A stretch of 64,000 bases of DNA, taken from positions 32,001 through 96,000 of the IMG/VR virus record IMGVR_UViG_3300048691_000181. One strand, given 5' to 3'. Below are positions 47,259 through 57,137 of this stretch, piece by piece. The notes beneath the pieces were generated by a model. The model saw only the letters and a program-made list of their open reading frames with translations, was not told the DNA's origin and made no database searches. This stretch comes from a virus. Made by a program: the position numbers and the translations under genes. The stretch's first letter is position 1. Every line of letters begins with the position of its first letter.

Positions 47259-48164
47259 TTATTTTTTACTTTTCTTCATACGAGGCTGGAATGTTGTGAA
47301 AGATGTTTCATCAAATCCAAACCTGTCTCTTGTATATGCGGATGCAATTGCATCCATTTTATCTTTATCTTGTCTTAGCTGCTTTTCTTTCTCTTTTCGG
47401 AGATTAAAGTCAACCATCGCTTTGCCGAGAAGACTATCTGATATTTGCTTTTTGTCTTTCTCAATTCTTCTGTTTTTTTTATTCCGCTTATTACGGCTTT
47501 CAAAGAAAGCCTTTGTGATATGTTTCCTAAGTGTCTTTTTATCCTTGAACCGAACACACTTCGTTATATCTATTATGTTATTGTCATAATAGCGATAATT
47601 TCGGTACATAAATCTTTCTGGATAGAGAAAGTAGTCTGCATCTTTTTTTGAGATATTTAGATTATACTTATCTCTATCCTTATGTCCTTTAACGTGATAA
47701 GCGATAAAGTCGGCATATAGAATATGCTTATAGCTATATCCATAATAATGAAAATAATTAATATACTCTTCTCCTTTATGCTTTATCAAAAAGAGTTGCT
47801 TGCCTACTTTACTTTCTTCTGTTATTAAGAAGAAAGTTTCATTCTCGAAGATGACATTTCTTGGTAATGGATTTCTGTCAAGCTTCTTATAATTGCGAAT
47901 CTTGATAATACCATTTTCTATTTTATAAGCCGATTCTTCATCAAACCACCTTGATAGCACATAATGCATCGGTTGAGACCAGTGTCTCAAGAAAGGCTTT
48001 ACTTTTCTAAAACAAACCTTAAAAGGTCTATTCTCGTGACCTTTAACAAGCTGCTTTGTTTTATACCACGATTTATCATCGTGGCTTTTCCTAAAGTATT
48101 CTCCTGAACGCTCTCGATAAATCATCCTCGCTCTAAAAGGACTATTGTCATCTATCCATTCCAT
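47259..48164 (-). CDS. Basic hypothetical protein
   Basis: 301 aa, K/R/Y-rich. Confidence 0.6.
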   Translation of the reverse strand: MEWIDDNSPFRARMIYRERSGEYFRKSHDDKSWYKTKQLVKGHENRPFKVCFRKVKPFLRHWSQPMHYVLSRWFDEESAYKIENGIIKIRNYKKLDRNPLPRNVIFENETFFLITEESKVGKQLFLIKHKGEEYINYFHYYGYSYKHILYADFIAYHVKGHKDRDKYNLNISKKDADYFLYPERFMYRNYRYYDNNIIDITKCVRFKDKKTLRKHITKAFFESRNKRNKKNRRIEKDKKQISDSLLGKAMVDFNLRKEKEKQLRQDKDKMDAIASAYTRDRFGFDETSFTTFQPRMKKSKK

Positions 48165-48214
48165 GAAAGATAAGGTGCAGTGGTTAGCTGCACCATTTTA
48201 TTTGTGAGATAATT

Positions 48215-48829
48215 TTATTTTGCCTTTCTATGTCTTCTATGCTTAGAAGGCTTAGGAAGGGTTGCTGTATCTGTAATGGACTCAGCTGTTACATCAATAG
48301 TCTTAGTAGCCTTTTGAGCTCTAATCGCTGTAACAGCTTCTGATACAGCCGTATTCATAGTCTCTTCTTTTGTACCATGCTTGGCTATAAAGTAATAGCC
48401 ATACAGGTTATAGATAAGTTCAATAAAGAGCATCCTATTAGGCTGGATAGACTTGAATAAGCCTATGAGTCTATTTTCTATCTGCTCTTTATAATATACT
48501 TTATCCTTTTGATAGAAATAGCGCTTATCCTTAACTTCTTCAAAATTAGCAACTGACAACAACATAAGTTCTGTCATTTGAGATTTCAAAGGTGTTAAAT
48601 TTAAGACGCGTTCAAGGGGTGTAGCTTTATCAAAAGCAAGAAACTCTTGCCATTTAGCTTTTGTCGTATTGAATTTAGCAATAACGGCTAAGGCTGTATT
48701 TTGCTCTAATTCTGATAAAGTATATAAACGCTCTTTAGGCGTTGGATTAGAAGTAGATGTTATAGTCGTTACTTCTTGAGCTATATGTGCTGTCTGTTCT
48801 CCAAACATGCTATTTAATCGTGAAAACAT
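48215..48829 (-). CDS. Hypothetical protein
   Basis: 204 aa ORF. Confidence 0.6.
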   Translation of the reverse strand: MFSRLNSMFGEQTAHIAQEVTTITSTSNPTPKERLYTLSELEQNTALAVIAKFNTTKAKWQEFLAFDKATPLERVLNLTPLKSQMTELMLLSVANFEEVKDKRYFYQKDKVYYKEQIENRLIGLFKSIQPNRMLFIELIYNLYGYYFIAKHGTKEETMNTAVSEAVTAIRAQKATKTIDVTAESITDTATLPKPSKHRRHRKAK

Positions 48830-48882
48830 TGTATGTCATGTTTTGATGCCATATATGGCGTTATGTTAAAATATTCTTTTTT

Positions 48883-49644
48883 TTAAAGAATATTATATTG
48901 TACCTCAATTGCTTTACGCTTTACGAGGTTGTCTTCACCAAAGCGAGTAGACTTTGGCTGCTTTACTATTTCCGTGAATTTCGTAAGTGCTTGTTCGTAC
49001 TTATCCTTAAATGCACGTCTGTTCTTAGAGATAGGATGTTGAAATATTTCATTCTCTAAGTCTGGCTTAGAATCAAGTTCTAAGCCTTCCATCATATGTT
49101 CAGAGATGCCCATTCATCTGGCTAATGTTTCTGGAACAGCCTTGCAGGAAGCAGTTTGATTAGCTTCTCCTTTTCTTAATGCACAGAATTTCATCTCGTT
49201 TAAGCCAGCCTTAAACAGTGTAGAGATTTCAAAATTCTCGGGAAAGAATTGAACACCACTACTATTCTTCGAGTTAACGTATTCTCGCGACACCTTAGAG
49301 TACTTTCCTTCAATAAAGGGTTCTATGATGGTCTTTATATATTTAGGTCTTACGTCACAGATAATGAGTGTATGTGGCCCATTATAGTGTAAGACTTTCT
49401 TTATTTCAGAGAAGGTTAAGAAAGGCGTATTCTTTTCTATGTTTCTGAAATAAGAGAGAATAGATTCGTGCCTTTCTTCTTGTTCTAAGAAGCCGTTAAA
49501 GCAATAGATAAGCTGCTTAGTTCAAGAATCTTTATCTGATTCTAAACCAATATAGACACCGTAAAGTCCATGATGATGGTAAAGAATGTCTGTGTCTTTA
49601 CCAGAGAGAAAACCGAGATAATGAAGAGATTTGTTATTGTGCAC
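48883..49644 (-). CDS. Hypothetical protein (~253 aa) containing two in-frame TGA codons (49522-49524, 49114-49116)
   Basis: One frame runs from GTG 49644 to TAA 48883, interrupted only by TGA; contains FIEGKYSK and ELDSKPDLENEIF motifs I recall from crAss-like phage proteins. Confidence 0.8.
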
Positions 49645-49730
49645 TGATTCGAGTAGGTTTATTTAATTTTCTAATGCGGATTTGCTTTTGAATAAAGTAA
49701 CCTACTTCTGATGTTTCAGTAAGTAGGCGC

Positions 49731-50144
49731 TTAATTGTTCGGATAGAGCGATGATACGTCATTGGTGCTGATTTCTATTGGAAGCATAAACTTCCTTTGT
49801 TTTTGAATTAATAGCCACATTTTAGCGGCTGCTTCTACGGGGGAATTTTCCATCGTACTTATGAGCGTACTACCTGCTATATCTGTAATACGATAATAAT
49901 AGTATATACAGCTCTTATTATTACTTGCCTTTTGAAGAGTTAGCTCGTATCGAGAACCATAAGTAGTAATCGCTTCTGGTAGTAATGTCCATATCTCATC
50001 AAAAGAAGGACAAGCTATCGGATTAGTCTCCGATTCTTTATAGTAGCCATTAGCTTCTTCAAAGGCTTTTGAGCGATAATGACATTCTATATCCTGTGTG
50101 TATCCTGCTTCTTTGAGTAGGATACATGTTGCTAAACTAAGCAT
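49731..50144 (-). CDS. Hypothetical phage protein
   Basis: LKEAGY.Q...P...E....LP...EAAAKMW.L motif typical of Bacteroidota phage proteins. Confidence 0.6.
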   Translation of the reverse strand: MLSLATCILLKEAGYTQDIECHYRSKAFEEANGYYKESETNPIACPSFDEIWTLLPEAITTYGSRYELTLQKASNNKSCIYYYYRITDIAGSTLISTMENSPVEAAAKMWLLIQKQRKFMLPIEISTNDVSSLYPNN

Positions 50145-50201
50145 TTTTTATTAGTGTATCCCCCTTAGTTGTTACAGGGGGGAATATTTTATTTTTTGTC
50201 A

Positions 50202-51341
50202 TTAAAGTTCTAAAGTATAATTTGAATCAAAAATCCATTTGGATATATTAAAGATATCAAATTTCCTGTGCCATCGATAAGCTTCTATGTATTCAAAGAT
50301 GCCTCTAAAATGACGATGAGTGCCATTTATTTTCCCGTAGCCGCCATTTAATCCTATATCCAGAGTTTTCTCAGACACTACGAATTTAAGAGCGCTCTGA
50401 CCAAAGAATTCCTTCTTAGGAGCTACTATGAACTTAAATGGCATTAGCGTATACCCTTCTCTAAACAAATCTTGAAAATAGCCATCTGCATTCTGGATTA
50501 GCCACACGTAGAAAGCAGCTTGACGAAAATATCCGTATTTATAGAAGGCGTCTTCAAAGTCCTGTGGATTAGAAGATGTTGTTTTTAGGTCAATTGGCTC
50601 TATAGTTCTATCAAAGTGATTGACTATTACCAAGTCCAATAGGCCTTTAAATTGCATAACCCCATCTTTGGCTTTACCCATAAGGTCTATATTAGGGTCA
50701 GATATATCTTCTGGATATGTAACAGTATGGTAGATAGGCACTTGATATAAGACCTCACGTGTTTCATCATTCTTATCCACACCAAAATAAGACCGTATGT
50801 CTGGCAACTGTTCAAGAGCCCTAACAGCTACGTCTATTTCCTCGAAGTCATCATTAGAGAGTATATCTTTACCTTGTGCTTGTTCTCGAGCACGGTAATA
50901 GCCGCATAACTCGCCTTTGGTCCAGAAATCTTTTATGATGGCATTTATGTTCTTCTTATAGCCTGAATAAGCGTAAGCACGAAGATAGAGACCAATATTT
51001 ATATTAGCCTTAAATTCGTCTTCATCCCATACTTCTTCATTCAGCTCGAATAGGGGTAGATTGTCTATAAACTTTAACATAAGACCTGTGGGGCGATTGA
51101 CGTTAAAGACGAAGAATTGAGAAGAAAAGTTTTCTTTATCGGTTAAGAGACAATCTACGGCCCTTCCTATTCTAAAATGACGTATGTCCTCAGTCTCTAA
51201 CTGAGTATTCTCCTCCCAATAACGAATCCAAGCAGGATTCTCTACTTTCTTAAGTAGGGAGTTGTTGACAGCCTTAGAAGAGAAGTATTTCTTAATTCTA
51301 CCTTCTTCTGTTATGGCTTTATATGTATTTAAGGATTCCAT
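50202..51341 (-). CDS. PD-(D/E)xK exonuclease (RecE/Cas4-like)
   Basis: G.AVDCLL, FKGLLDLV......PIDLKTT, Y.RQAAFY. Confidence 0.8.
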   Translation of the reverse strand: MESLNTYKAITEEGRIKKYFSSKAVNNSLLKKVENPAWIRYWEENTQLETEDIRHFRIGRAVDCLLTDKENFSSQFFVFNVNRPTGLMLKFIDNLPLFELNEEVWDEDEFKANINIGLYLRAYAYSGYKKNINAIIKDFWTKGELCGYYRAREQAQGKDILSNDDFEEIDVAVRALEQLPDIRSYFGVDKNDETREVLYQVPIYHTVTYPEDISDPNIDLMGKAKDGVMQFKGLLDLVIVNHFDRTIEPIDLKTTSSNPQDFEDAFYKYGYFRQAAFYVWLIQNADGYFQDLFREGYTLMPFKFIVAPKKEFFGQSALKFVVSEKTLDIGLNGGYGKINGTHRHFRGIFEYIEAYRWHRKFDIFNISKWIFDSNYTLEL

Positions 51342-51365
51342 TATTAGGTTCTTAAATGTTATTTT

Positions 51366-51827
51366 CTAAAAATCGAATATGGCTCTATCTGCTCTTTTTA
51401 ATCTTAACCAGTAAAAACAGCAAGATAATATCTCCATCCAAGATATAGAAGCAATCTTATATAAAGGTGGATGCTGGTTGTAGACGAATCCGTGATAGTT
51501 GTCATGTAGTGCTTGTGTCAAGCGCCTCGAAGTGTCAATCGTACTTTCAGAGCCAAAAGACTCAGTTAAGAAGAAAGCTTCTGTTAGCCATACTTTCTCA
51601 TTTTCTGTCACAATATTGTGAAATTCGGAAGAATGGTAATTGCCTTTTATGTGATGCTTCTTACAAAAAGCATAGGCATCGTTATTCGTAGAAACAGAAG
51701 TCCTTACTTTGCCTAAGAAGAAACACCAAACAAGTTTAAAGTCTTTTGGATGAATTCTGCAAATAAGACAAAACATGAAACGCTTCATCCTTAAACTGAA
51801 AAATGTGTTATAGAACCAGTTAGCCAT
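51366..51827 (-). CDS. Hypothetical protein
   Basis: 153 aa ORF. Confidence 0.5.
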   Translation of the reverse strand: MANWFYNTFFSLRMKRFMFCLICRIHPKDFKLVWCFFLGKVRTSVSTNNDAYAFCKKHHIKGNYHSSEFHNIVTENEKVWLTEAFFLTESFGSESTIDTSRRLTQALHDNYHGFVYNQHPPLYKIASISWMEILSCCFYWLRLKRADRAIFDF

Positions 51828-52386
51828 CTCTTTTTCGTTTAAGATTACTTATTTTTTCTTCATGAAGCTCTTTGAAAGAAGGTAATCCTTTTCTTGCTCT
51901 TTGCTGGTTGGGCTTATAGCAGAAGCTATTATTCAGCTTACACCATTTGACCCAATCAGAACCAATTTCTGAGAGTTCTGATTGTTCCGTCTTTCTTTGC
52001 CATTTCTGAATCATGTGCAAAGGCTGAACCCAAAAGGATGCTGAACCAACTGTATAAAGCTGTTCATTAAAGTTATCCACTGGTCGAGACCGCTCTTGAT
52101 AATCTCGTTCAAGATAGCGAATTCCTTGAATTGTTGCTTCAGAAACTTCCCAAAGCTCACAAACGATATGACAATCTCTCTTATAGGCGGCATAAGGATA
52201 ATCCATCCCTTTGTGCATATAGAGTGTATAGTGCTTTAGTTTCGTCAATCCAATAAAGAAGCTATCTCTATCTTCAGTAATGACATTATGTCGTTTGCAG
52301 TCCTTTCTCAAAGAACCATAGATTAAAATATGGTGTCGTTCTGCTAAGGCTTCGCTTACTTCCGCTATGCGGATGTTGTTTTTCAT
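51820..52386 (-). CDS. Gamma-glutamylcyclotransferase (AIG2/GGCT-like)
   Basis: ILIYGSLRK...H, YP, ELWEV, LE..Y. Confidence 0.7.
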   Translation of the reverse strand: MKNNIRIAEVSEALAERHHILIYGSLRKDCKRHNVITEDRDSFFIGLTKLKHYTLYMHKGMDYPYAAYKRDCHIVCELWEVSEATIQGIRYLERDYQERSRPVDNFNEQLYTVGSASFWVQPLHMIQKWQRKTEQSELSEIGSDWVKWCKLNNSFCYKPNQQRARKGLPSFKELHEEKISNLKRKRDG

Positions 52387-52394
52387 TCTTTTTT

Positions 52395-52655
52395 TTAGTT
52401 TGTGAAATGTCTAATTATGGCAATGAGCACTGGCACAAAGACTGCTATAAATATAGCACCATGTATTAGTCCTCTAATATAGAGCCAATTCCTATGTCTG
52501 TCTGAAATGTGTAACTCAAGTGCATTGTCTTTTAAGAGCGATGCTACAAACTTGTCTATCTCAGTCTTCGATTTAGTCTTTTTCAATCCCTCATGCTTAG
52601 AGAGATATTCTTTTTTGTGTGCTCGAATTATTGCCGAAAGTGGTCTCAATTTCAT
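52395..52655 (-). CDS. Small protein with C-terminal TM
   Basis: 86 aa; hydrophobic C-terminus. Confidence 0.55.
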   Translation of the reverse strand: MKLRPLSAIIRAHKKEYLSKHEGLKKTKSKTEIDKFVASLLKDNALELHISDRHRNWLYIRGLIHGAIFIAVFVPVLIAIIRHFTN

Positions 52656-53010
52656 TCTTAAGTATTGAGTCTGGCGATATTTTAAAATAGAGTCCTGAAC
52701 GGAAAGAATCGAGCATAGAAAGTGTTACCGAATCAGCAAAGAAGATATTTCTAAGAGCGTCCCAATGAGACGAGATAAATTCAGGGTCTTCTTGCCATGG
52801 TGTTCCGTTACAATATTGTCTTTCTTCTCGAAGTAAAACTTCGAGAATTTCTTCTCTAATTGCTCGCTCTTTTCTGAAGTGACCTATTTGTTCAGCCTGT
52901 CTTAAGGAATAAGCTTGAAGCTTTTCCTCTATGTATTTCATATAAGTCCATAATGACATTATGCACAATAATGAGATAAGAATAAATCCTCTCATGTTTA
53001 CACATTTCAT
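52597..53010 (-). CDS. Hypothetical protein with N-terminal TM
   Basis: 137 aa. Confidence 0.5.
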   Translation of the reverse strand: MKCVNMRGFILISLLCIMSLWTYMKYIEEKLQAYSLRQAEQIGHFRKERAIREEILEVLLREERQYCNGTPWQEDPEFISSHWDALRNIFFADSVTLSMLDSFRSGLYFKISPDSILKNEIETTFGNNSSTQKRISL

Positions 53011-53447
53011 TAGTCTTCCATTTTTAAACGTTTTTTAATATCCTCAACAGTAAGCAATGTATCCTTTTGAGAATGAGATACGTAAGCTAAACAGTAAGGA
53101 TGATGTTCTTTCAACCAGAACTTGAATAGCTTCCATTTAATCATAAATTCTGGTGTAGCCATGCCTTTTGTCTCTATGACCCATTTCCAGTCAGGTGAGA
53201 CAAAGTCTGGCGTATATGTCATGTCTCTACATGAACATGTTTGCTTGATGATTCCTTTCTTTACGTCAAAAGAACAAAATTGAAATCTCGGATGAAGCAT
53301 AACGCAATGCTCCTCGTAATCGAAAGGAATATTCTGGTCTTGAAGCAATTTAGAACAATAAGCCTCAAGACCAGAACGAAAGCCATTACCTGAAACGGCT
53401 TTATATTTATGTAAAGGGATGCGTTTCCCTTGTTTTCTTTTTATCAT
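53010..53447 (-). CDS. T7 endonuclease I-like Holliday junction resolvase
   Basis: FRSGLE, YE, YTPDF, IETKG, KWKLF. Confidence 0.8.
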   Translation of the reverse strand: MIKRKQGKRIPLHKYKAVSGNGFRSGLEAYCSKLLQDQNIPFDYEEHCVMLHPRFQFCSFDVKKGIIKQTCSCRDMTYTPDFVSPDWKWVIETKGMATPEFMIKWKLFKFWLKEHHPYCLAYVSHSQKDTLLTVEDIKKRLKMED

Positions 53448-53450
53448 CTC

Positions 53451-53786
53451 TTAATGTGCCGTAGTAGCACCTCTTATAATGAAATTCATAGCATCTACTA
53501 CATCTTGCCTTATTTGAAGATGTAGTAGCTTTATATTTAAAGGATGAAGATTTGAATGGTTACCTCTTAAATAACACCATTCAAATGCATTCCTCGTATT
53601 CCCAGTTCCCCTATCAAGGCTTATCCATTTCTTCTGAAAAAAGGATTCTGCTTTTCCGAATTCGTTTAGAATACAAATAATAACGCCTTCATGAAGGGAA
53701 TCTAAAAACTCTATTTGTTGTTCAAGTGTATCAAACTTGAACTTTTCGAGATGCTTGAAGTTATAATTAAACTTATGCCTTGTCAT
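53451..53786 (-). CDS. Hypothetical protein
   Basis: 111 aa ORF. Confidence 0.5.
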   Translation of the reverse strand: MTRHKFNYNFKHLEKFKFDTLEQQIEFLDSLHEGVIICILNEFGKAESFFQKKWISLDRGTGNTRNAFEWCYLRGNHSNLHPLNIKLLHLQIRQDVVDAMNFIIRGATTAH

Positions 53787-55038
53787 TTTCGGCTAATTTA
53801 ATACGAGCTTCCAGAATAGTCTTCATCATCTCCCAGTCTTCACCATAGTTCTGGATAGTTGCTACAACAAAGTCATCGATATCCTTGAAGCCGATATTGT
53901 TATCGTCCATAAATACTTTATAAACATTCGTATAGCCTAAGCTTCTGAAGTGGCGCTCTTGACTATTTGCTGCCTTTCTTCCTGCGGCATCGTTGTCCAT
54001 CCAGATATAGATTGGATAAATTGGAATTATTCCAAACTCTATATCGATTTGGGTCATATATTCTTTAGACAATTTTGTTCCTTCACCGCACTTGCCTCCT
54101 ATGATAAAGTCTTTAAGGAGTTTCTTAATAAGAAGTGCATCTTTAAATCCCTTTGTCACAATGAAGCCTTTCCACGGATAGCGTGGTAGAATACTTGATT
54201 CCGTACTCTGCATATCCTTTATCCATTTCTTCAGACTGTCTTTATCACAATTCTTGATTAAGATATCTGGTGATGCTATGTTCTTAAACTTGTGAGCTTT
54301 GGACTCACTATATGGACGATAGACCTGCATAGGCTTGTCTTTATCGTGATAAAGGAACAAAGGTTGCTCTACCGTATCTAAGAAAACTGTCTTTTTATCG
54401 GTAAAGACCTTATTTAAGGCTTTAACGTGACGGTAAATATCTTCTGCGCCAAGTCCTCGTTTAGCCCAGAAGTCCATGTGATGCTGTTCAAAATCAAGCA
54501 TTTCGTCAAACTGAAGAACTGGCTTTTCGAGTGACCAGTCTTCTTTCTTTTGCGCCTCTAATAAGGCGGCTTTCTTTGCCTCGTATTCGGCTGTTACAAT
54601 TCCGTCTAACATCTTTTTCTCTTTCTTTTTTTGCTCCTTGAGCCTCTTTAATAAATCCTTACTACTTATGTCACTTTCTTCTAAATATGGCTTAGAATCA
54701 ATGAATAGCCCCTTCTCGTTCATCTTGCCCATGCAATTACCAAGATTGGCTAATATTTCTACAACTTCTACGAAGTCTTTCCCTTGAGACACTTCGTAGG
54801 CTCGGAAGATGTCGTAGGTCTCTCCTGTTGCAAAATCATGGAATAGCCAGATTCTCGAATCTGCTTTATCTTTGAAGAAATTACAATCTGCGTGTTTGTC
54901 TAAACGAAAAGGGTTCTTAAAGCGTCTTGTAGGATGAAAAAAGCCAAGTGCGCTGTTAAACGCACTTGGAATATCGACATGGTCGTAAATAATAGACTTA
55001 ATCTCTTTCCAGTCGATTGCTTCTTTATTATGTATCAT
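53773..55038 (-). CDS. dnaG: DnaG-like primase (TOPRIM)
   Basis: NPFR.DKHADC..FHDFATG N-domain; IVTKGFKDAL; WMDNDAAG; KDIDD. Confidence 0.8.
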   Translation of the reverse strand: MIHNKEAIDWKEIKSIIYDHVDIPSAFNSALGFFHPTRRFKNPFRLDKHADCNFFKDKADSRIWLFHDFATGETYDIFRAYEVSQGKDFVEVVEILANLGNCMGKMNEKGLFIDSKPYLEESDISSKDLLKRLKEQKKKEKKMLDGIVTAEYEAKKAALLEAQKKEDWSLEKPVLQFDEMLDFEQHHMDFWAKRGLGAEDIYRHVKALNKVFTDKKTVFLDTVEQPLFLYHDKDKPMQVYRPYSESKAHKFKNIASPDILIKNCDKDSLKKWIKDMQSTESSILPRYPWKGFIVTKGFKDALLIKKLLKDFIIGGKCGEGTKLSKEYMTQIDIEFGIIPIYPIYIWMDNDAAGRKAANSQERHFRSLGYTNVYKVFMDDNNIGFKDIDDFVVATIQNYGEDWEMMKTILEARIKLAENDKA

Positions 55039-55081
55039 TTCTATTTTTTTACGACCATTATGTTATGGAAGATGGTTTATT

Positions 55082-55765
55082 TTAGAACGGAAGTTCTCCG
55101 TCTTCTTCCGTTAAAGGAGCATCAACCCTATGTCCTTCTGGTTTAGAAGCTGAAGGAGCTAAGTCTGACTTAGAGCTTCCCGTGTAACCAGAAGTGTCGC
55201 GAGGCTTCATTCTTCTATGTAGATTTTTGTCAAGTTCCCATTGCGTGAACTTAATCTTAGATTCAACACCTTCTATGTGTTTCTCAATTTGAGGGCAAGT
55301 AGGTGTCCCTGCATTCTCGCTAAGTTTGGTCCATTCGTCTTTATTGTCCATAATCACCTTGATACTTACGAAGCGATTAGGCATTTTACGTTGCTTGTCT
55401 ATATAGGAGAACATAGTCGAGATATTTTTCTCGTAGTCGGCAGTTAGATATTTGTCGATTTCTCCTTGTGTACCAATTGCATCACAAATCTCCATTAGCT
55501 TCAAGACTAACTTATCTTCAGCTTGTTTCTTAGTTAAGGTTACTTTTCCGTTCTGAACAAAGTCTTTCTTATTGATAAAGAGAGCTAAGTCAGCGTATTC
55601 GTCTGAAGTAGTAGACTCAAAGGTAAGCTTAAAGAAAGGAGTTTCAGGCTTAGTATCTACCTTTTCTGCTTTAGAAATAGTAAAGCGTGTGAAAATTCCT
55701 GGATTAGAGATTTTGATTTTCTCAATTTGTGAAGCACGTAGGCTTTCTGCGTATATATTAGACAT
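55082..55765 (-). CDS. Single-stranded DNA-binding protein (putative)
   Basis: OB-like N-terminus and acidic EEDGELPF tail; lies between the AAA ATPase and primase. Confidence 0.6.
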   Translation of the reverse strand: MSNIYAESLRASQIEKIKISNPGIFTRFTISKAEKVDTKPETPFFKLTFESTTSDEYADLALFINKKDFVQNGKVTLTKKQAEDKLVLKLMEICDAIGTQGEIDKYLTADYEKNISTMFSYIDKQRKMPNRFVSIKVIMDNKDEWTKLSENAGTPTCPQIEKHIEGVESKIKFTQWELDKNLHRRMKPRDTSGYTGSSKSDLAPSASKPEGHRVDAPLTEEDGELPF

Positions 55766-55846
55766 GTGTATATGTATGTTTTATCCCTATGTTGGGATTA
55801 TTTTAATTTTCTATATATAGATAGTTAATGTGTTTATTTGTTTTAG

Positions 55847-55933
55847 TTAAAGAGTTCCAAATGGATGAAGTTCTAATTTATTCTTTAATTCGATTATAGA
55901 TTCATCTGAAAATTTTCCAATTTTAACTCCCAT
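55847..55933 (-). CDS. Possible 28-aa peptide
   Basis: MGVKIGKFSDESIIELKNKLELHPFGTL*; TAATG-coupled to the ATPase stop. Confidence 0.3.
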   Translation of the reverse strand: MGVKIGKFSDESIIELKNKLELHPFGTL

Positions 55934-56655
55934 TATGTAGTAGTTGAAGTTGTTTCAGGAATTTCTAAATCATATTTACGAATTAATCGAATCACTTCTC
56001 CTAAATCGTTTGACATAAACTTTGGAAGTACTCCATAAACAGACCTTGCTTCACAAAAACCTAAATTTTGCGTACGAAGATTAAATCGTTTTTCTTCTTC
56101 TGTTTCATCGATATCAAGAAACGTATATAGATTATAATTAGTAAATTTAGATAATCTACTTTTAGTTGCTTGTTTGCCAGGAAATAAAGTACGAAGATGC
56201 GTTTCTTTTAATCCTGTTTGAGTATTGACGCTATCATATTCCTCAGCATGGCATAGGAATATGATAATTAAATTATCATCTCCTGCTCGTTCTTGCGAAT
56301 TAGCAAAACTATATAAGTCGTAAGCGTCATCGGCTAAGTTTTTCCAAACGTCAAATCCTGGCTTTCTTCGTTCGTCTTGAAGATAATCAGTTAGTATTGT
56401 ATTTAAAGTATCTAACACAATTATCTTTATGTGTGGGCGACTTTTGACAATTGCCGAAATATAACTTTTTATTTTTCCTATATCACTTTCCCGTACGTAG
56501 TTTTTGTTTGTGGCATTATATTGCGAACGCCATCCAGAGTAGCTCATGCCTTTCTGGTCCGTATCGATAATAAATGTTTCTTTCGGGTCTAATGTTTTTA
56601 ATGAAAATGACTTACCTGTAGCTGGAAGTCCCGTGACTTGTAATAAAAGTGCCAT
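55933..56655 (-). CDS. AAA_24/Sak4-like ATPase (recombination)
   Basis: GLPATGKS Walker A; IIVLDT Walker B; IFLCHAE. Confidence 0.8.
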   Translation of the reverse strand: MALLLQVTGLPATGKSFSLKTLDPKETFIIDTDQKGMSYSGWRSQYNATNKNYVRESDIGKIKSYISAIVKSRPHIKIIVLDTLNTILTDYLQDERRKPGFDVWKNLADDAYDLYSFANSQERAGDDNLIIIFLCHAEEYDSVNTQTGLKETHLRTLFPGKQATKSRLSKFTNYNLYTFLDIDETEEEKRFNLRTQNLGFCEARSVYGVLPKFMSNDLGEVIRLIRKYDLEIPETTSTTT

Positions 56656-56693
56656 ATATGTTCATGGTGTCTTGCCTATATATGTTATAGGTC

Positions 56694-57023
56694 TTATATT
56701 TTATTAACGTTCTTTGCGATTCAGCCAGCAACAGTTTCGTTATACAGCGAGAAATCTATAATTGCTCCTGCCGCATAACTATTCTTCTTTGGCTCAACCT
56801 TTTTACTTTCTTTTATCTCTTCTTTCTTAGGCTCTACTTTAGGAGTTGGTACAACTACTTTAACTTCCACAGGAGCCTGTTTTGCTGCCTTCTCAGCCAT
56901 TATTTGAAGGTTATAGCGCAATTCTACTATATTGTAGAAATATTGCATTAGAAACAAAATAAGAAAGATATAAGCAAGATTGTGAAAACTTGCTTTATAT
57001 CCTTCAATAATCTCAATCATCAA
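56694..57023 (-). CDS. Single-TM protein; 109 aa if the TGA at 56721-56723 is read through
   Basis: ...ETVAG*IAKNVNKI-TAA. Confidence 0.55.
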
Positions 57024-57060
57024 GGATGTAATTGAAACTGCTTTCTTGGGTTCTCTTATG

Positions 57061-57068
57061 CAAAGATA
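57061..57068 (-). promoter_or_regulatory. Bacteroidota sigmaA -7 element
   Basis: TATCTTTG on the - strand, about 38 nt upstream of the 57023 start. Confidence 0.55.
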
Positions 57069-57137
57069 AGGATTTTCTCATTGAAAGTGGGTTGTTAGGT
57101 AATTTTCTTTCTAATTTCTTTCTTGCAAAGTGCTCTC

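Noticed and set aside
48174-50184. Short intergenic hairpins at 48174-48194, ~49701-49728 and ~50159-50183 as ncRNAs
   Set aside because: Short stems consistent with ordinary terminators or stabilising hairpins; no further structure
51339-51368. TAG read-through fusing ORF 51366..51827 to the exonuclease
   Set aside because: In frame, but that happens by chance one time in three and the spacer looks like an ordinary AT-rich initiation region
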